Shown here in pieces: positions 25,201 through 37,200 of a DNA stretch of 64,000 bases; the first letter of the stretch is position 1; the number at the start of each line of letters is the position of its first letter. The notes below the pieces were generated by a model that was not told the origin of the DNA, searched no databases, and worked only from the letters and a program-made list of their open reading frames with translations. The position numbers and the translations under genes were made by a program. This stretch comes from Phoronis australis (lineage: Eukaryota > Animalia > Phoronida): positions 189,930 through 253,929 of the forward strand of contig NMRA01000403.1 of assembly GCA_002633005.1 (NCBI GenBank). Reading direction: 5' to 3'.

Positions 25201-28200
25201 AAAACGTCACATAAGGCTACAAGGTGTTTTATGGCAGTAAGAAGGTCACAAAAATGGCCACTAAAATTAGCCCCAAAAAGTGGTCAGTGGATTATCTCCC
25301 CTGTCTAGCACAAAACTGTTATATTTTAATAAATGGCTCAAAATTATGCACAGTATACGTTGGTTATTTCAGCCACCAAAATATAGCTTTTGATCTATTT
25401 TGTATGTTACTCATTTCTGTTGTTGAAAGCATGCGATTTTTGAGACGGCTAATAATGTGCCAATTTGTGTTATCATGCTCCAGCGGCGAAATTACGGGTC
25501 ATTGAGTGCACAAAATTTGGCATTTGGGTTTTTGTTAGGATACCTACCCATGTACAAAAAATGAAGTTGTTTTAAATTTTGACGTATAGACTGATTTTTG
25601 AAAATCTACTGGTTTTTATATGGACTGCCTCTTAAATCGTATGTACTTATCAGACGATTTAAAACTTGCATTAAAGATGCGACACACTGTACAATTTTCA
25701 GTAAGTTGATTTGAACTGTTTTTGCGCACGGACTGGTCATTGTGGTTTACATGACATTTTATCATCTTCTATTATGGTTAGATGTCTTTACCAGTGTTTT
25801 TGGGTAATAATTTTACCATCTAGACTCAATAAGAATAGGCCAGTGTAAAATTGAGGATTCTAGACTAACACTTTATCTCAACCTTGAAGTTTACATGTGT
25901 GTGCCTTTTACGAGTCCTGAGCCTAACCAAGATTCAGTTGTTGTTGGTTCTTGGGATGGTTTCGAGATTTGGATAAAATTTGGCTCTATCGCTGACTCTG
26001 TCATGGGTGCTTTTGGAAGTCTGTAATTGATGTAGAGAATAAAAGGGAGACCAGGTTTCCGTACCCCTTCATAAACAAAACCTGGTTTAGAAAATACGTC
26101 ATCTACAAGTTGTCGTGCTACCCGATTAGATAGATACATTTACATGCCATGTGGGAAGTGAAGAGTGTATGCAGAGTATGCAATATTCGATAAGAGACAA
26201 CTTTGTACAAGAAGAGATCTTGTGAAACCTTGTCAAATGCGGATTCATTATCCAACATTAAACCCATTTTTTTCATATTGTTATCGTATCTCATGAACAA
26301 CTTTAAACAGGAGAGATGTAGTACTCTTTTCACTCATAAAACCAAAGTAAAATTTGTTACTTATATTAAGTTATTGAAAATGAGGTTCTTGTACATTTTA
26401 TTCACTTTTAAAGAAAGACTGCAGTGATTCTGAATTCTTTTCTAATTGGGTACCATAATCGCAGTTTCAAATAGAAGGGTAGGCTCCTGTCAGTAGAATT
26501 TTGTTGAATAAATTAATGATCAGTAGAGGCATATCTTTATATTGGTGTAATTATTTATTTGTTATATAGTCGGAGCTTTCGAGACGTGGTACCCTGTTTT
26601 TTTAGTCCTTCGGCTTTTTTGTATGTAAAAGGTCCACATCCTCTGAAATCCGAGCCCCCCCCATATTAAAGGCTGGGTGCGTGCATGAAAAAGCTTGGAA
26701 GCAGTAGTCCAAGGAAGGCATGTATATTCTCCGATTTAACGTCCCGCCAAATAGACCTTTTGAATATCAGGGAGTAAATGCATTTTAACTCGATCGGCAA
26801 CAACACCTGAAAAACATGCATTAAGCAAAAAGAAGAGTTTCCAATTCTTTAGCTTATAACGAGTGTTTTTCTTCTCAGGAATGAGCGTGTTTATACAGTA
26901 TCTTGACCCTGTAATTGAGTGGGTCGTCTGTTTTAACTACAGGTGTAGTTAGCAGTTCTCTGTAACATAGGTAGCAATGGTTTTCAGAAAAAAAAAACAT
27001 CCATTGGAAATCCATCTAACCAGGGAGGTTTTTCGTATTTCACAGTTTTTAAATCATCTGCTACGTCCTCCATAGTAAATACCGGTCCAACTTTTTGCTA
27101 ACTTCACGTAATTTTAGAACGACGGTTGCCGATGTCGGTGCTTTCTCACCTGTCACAAGCCCTTGTCTACAGTCAGGATTCTGGGTCGCGGTTATTAGAA
27201 TCCTATTCCAGACCAGTACTTGTTCGACAGACAACTATAAATTGATAAGAAAATCACATAAAATTAATGAAGCTATAGCAAATTTCCACTGAACACCATG
27301 TAATAACCTCTAACAAATTTGTGTAAGGAACAACGAAATAAAGAGGAAGGAGGGGACATCAATACCGGGTGAACACGAAATATAGTTGTATGGTAATATC
27401 AAAATACATGTAGGTTATTAGCAGAAGAATAAAGTTCCTGAGGGTGAATATCGGTTGTATAACCTTTTGCACAGAGAGCATTGGGAAAAAAGGCACTGAG
27501 AAGACCATGTAATAACCTCTAACAAATTTGTGTAAGGAACAAACGAAATAAAAAGGACAGAGGGGACATCAATACCAGGTGAACACGAAATACAGTTGGA
27601 TTCTAATATCAAAATAGGTTATTGGCTGGAGAAAAAAGTTCCTGAGGGTGAATATCGGTTGTAAAACCTTTTGCACAGAGAGCATTGGGAAAAAAGGCAC
27701 GGGGAACACCTTGAAATTAATAATTATGTAAACGGGTAACAAATGCTCTAAAAACCCATATTTGTATAAACCCGTTGAAACCATTTTTACCTAAATTAAC
27801 CTTCTGTGCAAGACCTCTGTCTAGTCAAAGAATCCAAACCCTAATTTTTAAGTCGTTCCGTGAGTTGAAATGACGACGCGTGCTCCGATTTAAAAAGCAG
27901 CGCTTTGCACGGCAGTTCTCACGTGCACACGTGTTAGCTACAGTGAAACACTTGTTTGAAGTATTTAAAGGGGCATTCATTAATCACGATGAAACGATTA
28001 GATTTCAGGTGTACAATTCCGATTTGACCTTGCGTATTTCGTCATGATGATTCCGACTGAAGCTGCTGATAAATATTTATCTGACGTAGTATTAATACGT
28101 GCAGGCTAGGTTTTTGACAGAAGATTTGTAGAAAATCCCAGCAGTTAAGGACAAACGACGTGATCGTTGTTCACAGGTTCCGGATGAGCTGTTCTAAATA

Positions 28201-31200
28201 ACATCGATCACGTAAACGCAGTTGCCTGGAAGACTTTTACTATCAAATTGTAGCAGGTTTTTCAGATTGGCTCACAATTCTGTCTTCACGCCAACTTATC
28301 AGATTTTGCGTTACAATAAAGGAACGCCGAAAATTTTCGTACCTTTCAGTCATTTGCCGGTAACATTCACAGGTGCCTATGGTTTTATACACTCTGTTCA
28401 ACATTTCCACCAAATTTGTGCTAGATTTTGTTACAGGGTATTCATTTTTTCCAGGCGTAATATCTGCACAGTTGTCAATCCAAGCGTGGTTGATGGTGAA
28501 ACGTATATTTTCCGGGATATAATTTTCACAAACAATTCCCCAAGTGGCAAATGTTAAAAGTTACAGATTCAAAATATAACGAAATGTTAACCAAATATGT
28601 CACCAAATGCGCGTACCAGGGGAGGCTCGGGGGGCTCGAGCGAACCTATTTTTACAAAACGTGGTTGTCAAAACGTTTCTACATTTTAGTGGCTTTGATT
28701 TTTTTCTTCGAGAAAACTTATCGTCAATAGCACAGTATTTCCGAGTACGGTATCAAAAATAAAAGAACCGTTTGCTTATCAACAGATTCTACTTGGACTT
28801 CCAATGTCATCTTTAATGTATTAATCAGATTATCACGAAGTCACAGAAAACAGTTATTAATGATTTTATACACTCCACTTTCTTGCGAAACTAAGCGGAA
28901 TCTTCGCTTAGTGTGACTGATGAAAATATAAATTAGAAAAAACTAATAATTGCGTTACACATATTCAAGATACTCAAATGAAATGTTTTCAATGTAGACT
29001 GATTCACAAGTTCATTACAAGTGTTTACTCAAAATGGCGTAATCGATTGTGCTCTTTGTACTACAGTGTATTTGTACTGATTTCACGGAAACTGATGCAC
29101 ATATTTTTGGGTAGTTTCCCTGTTGTAAATGCGGTATGGGTTAGATTATTGCCGGCTAAAGCATATCTTCTACGAGAATATTTCTTTAACAACTACACTG
29201 TAATGCAGCTCTGTTTGGTTCTTCGGAATCTTAGAAAGTATTAGAGTATAATGTTATTTTTGCTTAGCTACACTTTCCTTATCTAAACATGAACTTAAAG
29301 GTAGTATTCCAGAGTTTTGAAAACACAAAATAGTATTATTGCATTTTATGTAGATTAATGTTAAACACATAAGATATGTCAATAAACTTACGGGTATACA
29401 GTGTACTTGCAGCAATTACTTTTATTGCTTTAGTCGTTTTGTCACATTTTGTGATCAACTTTTCTTGATTAAATACACATGCAGGTGTATATTTATGTGT
29501 ATAGATACATGTACATGTAAATGTACCACGCCCATACACTGTGTATGCATGCATATGTGCTTCACAGTAAAGCAACAAAAATATACGGCTTCATATACTC
29601 GACTATAAAGTCAACGTCTAGTAGCCTGGGTTATTTGCTACATGTATGTGGTCTTAACAAAAAGCGTTGTTTTTGATTTGCGTTTATTTTTGTTGTATCA
29701 CTTGTTCGGTATTGTTACGAAATGCCTTTATCCAAGCAATAGTTTATATCCTTAGACAATACTTAACATTGTGGTCATGGCACAAGCAAAAATAATAATA
29801 ACTCGCCTTACCTCCACATTTTGGGACATTGTCAAAATCCCAGCTCGCTGTCACGAATTCCAGGTCGCAAAAATTACCCGCAATTTTTATGCGCCAAATT
29901 GATTTTTAGGCCATCGACGGAGAAAATGTTTAGATAAAATGCTCTTACCTTCGGCGTTAAGTATTCTCAAATTTCAGGTTGCATAACTGAGTTCTTAATG
30001 TTTGATGTATCTGTTTTCCTCCGAAGTCGACCGCTTTTGATATGCCCTAGATGCGCTTGTTGCTTTGCAAATCAAATAATTCCCTGCCGCCTGACCTTCC
30101 TGTAAGGGTTTTCTATATCTACCGTACTATAGCACATCCTTTCGCGAGTTCAGAAAATTAGTTGCGAGCTTTGGTGCCTAAGTGAAAGTTGAGCCAGTGC
30201 TCTCTAACCGTTTCGAGTTACTAAATATGCATCGTAAACAATAGAAGAAAGTAATAGTTGAAAAGATACGCACGACTCTTTTATTATTAATCTGCCATGT
30301 TACTGTAATCAAAGTCGTTAAAGAAGCAAAGATATATACATTATGCTTTTACTCTGAGTGCAATCTTCCTCCATTTGTTTGTTCTTCAAATTTTACGACT
30401 CGACTGACTAAAAAACATGCTGTCGAAAAAAATCCGCAAAACGTTTTCCTAGCTGAATGACGTGTTGTGCATACACCGCTATCGATTTGGGGGCAGAAAT
30501 TAAGATGACATAAACAGTTATCAAACAAACGGCAGGTCATCACGAACAATTAAGAACGGAATGCTGTTTACGTTTTCGATTATAAGCTTTTCATTAAATA
30601 AAAAGCTTCAAATAATACCCATTCCGTGCGGGTTTCCATTATTGGGTAATTCGAGTTTGCTCCCTTAGCACGGATACACTGTACACGTGCAGTGCTGTAG
30701 TGGTAAAATTAAAGGTAAGTACATGTAGGCGCCCAAAGCCCATCCTATCACCTTGAGCGCTGAACGTGTCTTACGGTGGATANGCAAAAATAATAATAAC
30801 TCGCCTTACCTCCACATTTTGGGACATTGTCAAAATCCCAGCTCGCTGTCATGAATTCCAGGTCGCAAAAATTACCCGCAATTTTATGCGCCAAATTGAT
30901 TTTTAGGCCATCGAGAAAATGTTTAGATAAAATGCTCTTACCTTCGGCGTTAAGTATTCCCAAATTTCAGGTTGCATGACTGAGTTCTTAATGTTTGATG
31001 TATCTGTTTTCCTCGACCGCTTTTGAAATGCCCTAGATGCGCATGTTGTTATGCAAATCAAATAATTCCCTGCCGGCTGACCTTCCCGTAAGGGTTTTCT
31101 ATATCTACCGTACTATAGCACATCCTTTCGCGAGTTTAGAGAATTTGTTGCAAGCTTTGGTGCCTAAGTGAAAGTTGGGCCAGTGCTCTCTAACCGTTTC

Positions 31201-34200
31201 GAGTTACTAAATATGCATCGTAAACTAGAAGAAAGTAATAGTTGAAAAGATACGCACGACACTTTTATTATTGATCTGCCATGTTACTGTAATCAAAGTC
31301 GTTAAAGAAGCAAAGATATATACAATATGCTTTTACTCTGAGTGCAATCTTCCTCCATTTGTTTGTTCTTCAAATTTTACGACTCGACTGACTAAAAAAC
31401 ATGCTGTCGAAAAAAATCCGCAAAACGTTTTCCTAGCTGAATGACGTGTTGTGCATACACCGCTATCGATTTGGGGGCAGAAATTAAGATGACATAAACA
31501 GTTATCAAACAAACGGCAGGTCATCACGAACAATTAAGAACGGAATGCTGTTTAAGTTTTCGATTATAAGGTTTTCATTAAATAAAAAGCTTCAAATAAT
31601 ACCCATTCCGTGCGGGTTTCCATTATTGGGTAATTCGAGTTTGCTCCCTTAGCACGTATACACTGTACAGTACGTGCTGTGCTGTAGTGGTAAAATTAAA
31701 GGTAAGTACATGTAGGCGCCCAAAGTCCATCGTATCACATTGAGCGCTGAACGTGTCTTACGGTGGATATAGGCGCTATGTTCAAATGCCAAAAGGTGGT
31801 TGGCTGCGCCGACGTGCGCCTACGGCCCACTACAGCACTGTGTAAGTGCCATATACATGTAAGTATGCTGACAATAGATTAGCCTCAAAACAACACGTGA
31901 CCCTAGCATGCATGTCGCTATGGCAAGGCCGTACCTTCTTAGGCACAAAATGAATCCGGGATTTTGCTTTTAAACGTTCTTTTAGAAAATGAATTTGTTG
32001 TTACCGGTAAGTAAAATGAGAGTGGGACCCACTATAGACTGCGTAAGTGACAAATTCAAACCACGCGTACGCTAACAGGATACAATACAATGTCTCCTTC
32101 GATCACTGCACACATGATTATACCGTGCGACTCGAAACATCGCGATCCGGTTTCCGCATTTTGAATACATCTTGCAGTTTTGAAAACAAATTCCAGCGAG
32201 TGAAATTGTGGGTGGGGGCTTGCCAGAGCTGTTGGCGCTTTATTGAAGGCTGCCAAAAGTTAAGAGGGCGATTAGTAGAGCTGTTGGCGCTTGTTCCGAA
32301 AACTTCCAAAGGTAAGGAATACTGTACATGTACACTGTAGGCACAAACTTTAGTTTGGTCGTTGTTACGAATGATCGCCGTTTAAAGAAGACGTTAAAAG
32401 CAAGTACCATGTTTCTGTGCTATGCAACCACCAAGGCGTCAATGTTTGGATATTCTTAACAACCACGGTACATGTATTTTAGCCACCCGCAACATCTCTT
32501 CTAATTATCTTTAGCTGACGTTTCAATTGGAACAGTACTTTTTCCAAGCGAGTTTTAAAAATCAGTGACGTAGTCAATTGAAGACACTAGGAGTAAAAAA
32601 TTTTCATATATTATTAATCGCTCACAATTTTACGTCTGCTTGTTCATACATGTTAGTAGCAATAGTTACATGTACCAACTCAAAACTTGCCTGCTGAAAG
32701 AGAAGTCGTGTTCGTCGTTTGGCTATTGATAGATGTAGGGTTGAAATTTACACGCTTTGTGTGTTTTGCGATAAGAAAAACGAGACGCATGTTCAAACAT
32801 TATGTTACTTTATTTTTCCGAATCATTATCCCCTGATGGGACCTCGACCGTGCACAAAAACAACAGGATCAAGCAGTGTCGCAATGCGATACTAAATTTA
32901 TCTGAGATAATGTAATTGAATAATCAAGACATTTTACTTAAAAAATTAATTCATTTTTTTCACCACAAACTTTGGTAAGTTGATCGTTCCAGAATTTTTG
33001 TAAACGTCGCTCTTTTGTGACGTTTTATCATGTATTCTGCCATGGCCCAGAACTGGCTTCGGCGCAACAACAAAATTATGGTCGGACCCACATGAGTTGC
33101 TTCATAATTGCCTGGTATATGCTGAGAAGTGTACTACATATAAAATCTCAGTACGCTTATGTTGGAAATTCTAAGTTGCATACATGGACTTGATACGAGT
33201 GGCCAAAACCCGTGCTCTCATAAGAATTTTGGTCTGTACAGTACTACTATTGCAATATGCTAACGTGTCGAGACTGAGTTCAATAATAGGTCTTAGTTAA
33301 CGGGAACGACGTAACTCTGTTTTTAAAATACACTTTAGCAACATTCTTGTCATGGTTGTGCGGCCGTATTTTGATGTTTCCTGGGCACTCGGTTGATGAA
33401 ATTGGATGATGAGATTAATCATTTCGAGTGAATGTCACCCTACTGAAGATCTTGTCTTGGAATTACACTTGTCAAAAAGTAAGCGAAAGTGACATAGGCC
33501 TAATTTTGTTATTTAATCTTGATGCTCCGTTCAAAAGGTCACTAATAAATGTACACTGTACATGTATTGTGAACTCAATATTTATTTTTCAAAACAATTA
33601 AAACGAACGCATTGACATTTGCTTGATTTCAATCCGGCGGCATTTTTATCGCTCTGTATCAGATTTTGAATTCTCTAGTGAAATGAAGTACAGTGTTGAC
33701 GTGCAAATGCATGTCTAATTATTGATGTCCAGATGGTCTTCTATAATAGATGTACTGGTGTAGACGCGACGCATTGTATTACTTGAGTGATTTTAAGAAA
33801 CAATTAAATTTTAAAGATTTATTTAGATATTTTTCAAACAAGCACTAGTTTTACGGTGCAATATGTTGCTATAATTACGCATCATTTCCCATATTTTGTA
33901 CTTATGTTTTACGGTTCATGTTATAATTTTTGGTATGAGAGCTATTACTATATTATATTATTTCCCATATGTACACATCAGTAAGTTTTTTTTACATATT
34001 TTGCCCATGTAGCCGTGTAGTCTAAGCGGCTTATGTTCAAGATGTTGAATTTTTTGGTAGTCCTTGTTTGCATGCCATTAAAGCGGTCGTGATATTACCG
34101 TTTCATATGAAGCTCTTTGAGTCCACATATTTTTTACCTTTCTCTCTTTGAGAACCATCTCAAGGTAAATCAGCGATCATCTCAAAATTTTCTAGCACAA

Positions 34201-37200
34201 CATAGAAAATTGTATCCTTGTCGAAACAGCATTTAGAACGTCTGTGCGTAGAAAGAGTCAAATTAATGTCAAAAACTCAAATTGCAACATCTTTTATTTC
34301 GTTAGTCACGTTCTCTTTAATTGATTTCTTGCGATAATGAAATGCCCCTTTAAATATATTCAAGAACTGACAAATGTATCAATTTATCGCGTGTACACGC
34401 GAAAACTGTCTGGAAAAGCGCTCTTTTTAAAAGCAACGCTTCGCCTGGCCAGACCACTGCCACGTCGTCTGAAGAACAGTTGAACAAGTTGGGTTTGCGT
34501 CGAAATGGGAACCACAAGATTGATTGATTTTCTGAATAGCAATCTTGATAAGAAGATTGGTTTTGGTAAAATGTGTTTCTTCATGTGTTTAATTTGTAGA
34601 GCAGGGTTTATCATTTCCAGGATATTGTTCCTGCTAGCATTTTGTTCGAGACAAGTGGAATTGTGTTCCCAGTGCCCGTGTTCTTGGCTTGTAACAAACC
34701 CTATACCAAACATTGCCCAACTTATATTTTCTTAAACATCTTCAGACTTCAGTTGCGTTTTGATAGTACCCCGTGCCAATACCATATTCACCCTATATTG
34801 ATGTTCTCTTATCCTTTTATTCCGATTGTTCCTAACTTTAATTTGTTAGAAATTATTTTGGATCTCAGGAAAAAGTGAAACCGTACTTCGTAAATTAGTT
34901 TGACTACATGTGCATGTATGTTTTTTCAATTCATGCGTCCAGAAGGAATTGTTTTGCGGTAGACCTAATTAAAAGAAACCAGACGACCACGAAAGTTTTA
35001 CTCATATAATTTCAGCTTTCAAATAGAGTATATTTGATTTTTAAATGTCTATTACATCATATTTTGTGTCAAAATTTTTCCAGCAAATTAAATTTCGTCC
35101 TGTTCATCTGTCTAAAAACGAAAAGTGAATTAAACCATTTGCTCTCATGAAATTGATTATTAAATATGAAGATGATGGTCATATTGTCAATAACAATGAT
35201 TGTTCTAGCTGCAACCAGTCGCCCATATTTTTAATGAACATGCTATGTCTTTGCTCTGAGGATTATTTCTGACACTAACAAACATACTACGAAAGCGATG
35301 TAAACTTGTTCTTTATAAATGATGATCTATTACAAGACAACTGATATATTGCATGATAAACAGAAAGTAGATTTAGTAATTGTGTGTACAATTGTCTTAT
35401 TTCAACGTTTCCATGATGAGTAATTAAGATTCACGGTGAAGTTAATGATTCTGAAGTTTGCTATAACTTGTTCATTGTTTCTGCAGGGCACAGCACTACA
35501 CCGTGCAGCAGGGTGGGGACGTACAGAGGTGGCGCGTGTTTTGTGTAAAGCAGGCGCTAATATCAACAAGCAAAACGTGGTAATAGAAACTACTTGAGAC
35601 GATTTTATAATTAAGACAGTGTTATCTTTGTTACAAAGCTGTAGACTAACTGAAGTTTAACTAAACATGTTGTGTGTAATAACACTTTTTATTTCTCATC
35701 ATTTCGACATGTATTTTTCAATCTGTACCCGGTACATGCATCTTAAGAAACAGTGAGGTTTGAATTGTGTCAACAATATATTTGGCGATTTAACCTTGAT
35801 ATTTTTCTATTCTTAATGGTAATCGTCCATTCAACATTACAACTTTATATTAAACAGGAAGCCGTTAAACCGGTGTATAAACACAACATGGAGGGGTCAC
35901 TGTGAAGTTATGGCGGCGCTCAGTAATTTCTGACAGTCGACGTCTACACCATGTTCTGTTCTTACTTCAACATTTTAAAATCACCTGTAAAACTTGAGTG
36001 TTGAAATCATTACAGGTATTGTAGCGTCTTAGAGGGGTCAGTAATGTTTCATTTATGTCACCTTTCAAGTTCACTGATCCCCTGTGTATGTTAATTTGCT
36101 CTAAACGTTGATCGTCCATTCACACATCTCCATTATATATTACATAGATGATGGGCTGGACACCGCTGCACTTGGCAGCACTGTGTGGTCATACAGAGAC
36201 AGTGAAGTGTCTTGTGGAACACAACGCTACAGTGGATGTCCGTACTCAGGTAATTAAGGACACACAGGTTGTTTGGTTGAACTAGTTGTTTACACAAGAG
36301 ATGATTAAAACTGTTGAAGAACAAATTTTGTTGATATTTTCCCAATTTAATGTCCTTAAACAATGTTAAAATAAATGTCGTCTGCTTTCCGTTAGAGAAC
36401 TGCCAAAGCTGCATCCGAACATTTCAGTTGATTCATTATTGCTGTTTTATTTACCGATATATATTCTACATTTCGTCAAACAATAGTTTCCTCCAGTCGA
36501 TCTGGATCGCCTCATTTAGTTTAGGACTTATTTTCTACCTTATTTTGATTGTCCAACACTTTACAGCGCACAATTACTTGCTGTGTGTTACCGTCCTGTA
36601 ACGAGACAGGGAACACTGAACACGCTCTGTTGTTTTGTTCTTAAACTTAACATTTCCATGTTGAAATCATTACAAGTATTGTAGCGTTTTAGAGGGGTCA
36701 GTAATGTTTCATTTATGTCACCTTACAAGTTCACTTTCCCCCGTGTATGTTAATTTGCTCTAAACGTTGATCGTCCATTCACACATCTCCATTATATATT
36801 ACATAGGAGGGCCTGACACCGCTGCACTGTGCAGCACTGAATGGTCATACACAGACAGTGAAGTGTCTTGTGGAACACAACGCTACAGTGGATGAACGTG
36901 ATAAGGTAATTAATGACACACAGGTTGTTTGGTTGAACTAGTTGTTTACACAAGAGATGATTAAAACTGTTGAGGAACAAATTTTGTTGATATTTTTTAT
37001 AATCTAATGTCTCTCAACAATGTCAAATTAAATATCTTCTGCTTTCCATAGGAGGGCCACACACCGCTGCACCTGGCAGTACAGGAGGGTCATATAGCCG
37101 TCGTACAGTGTCTCATCGAACTCCGGGCCAACGTGAATGTTCGTAATGAGGTAATTATTGACACACAGGTTGATGAACACAATACGTGACTAGGCTAATT

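Noticed and set aside
29786-31769. 1 kb tandem duplication with twin 66-aa ORFs
   Set aside because: Centred on n30783 and slightly diverged, so probably two alleles; the ORFs have no recognisable motif.
32047-32340. 97-aa ORF ending near a strong donor (AAG|GTAAGG)
   Set aside because: No domain similarity, and no open phase-0 frame into 35487; a non-coding alternative first exon cannot be excluded.
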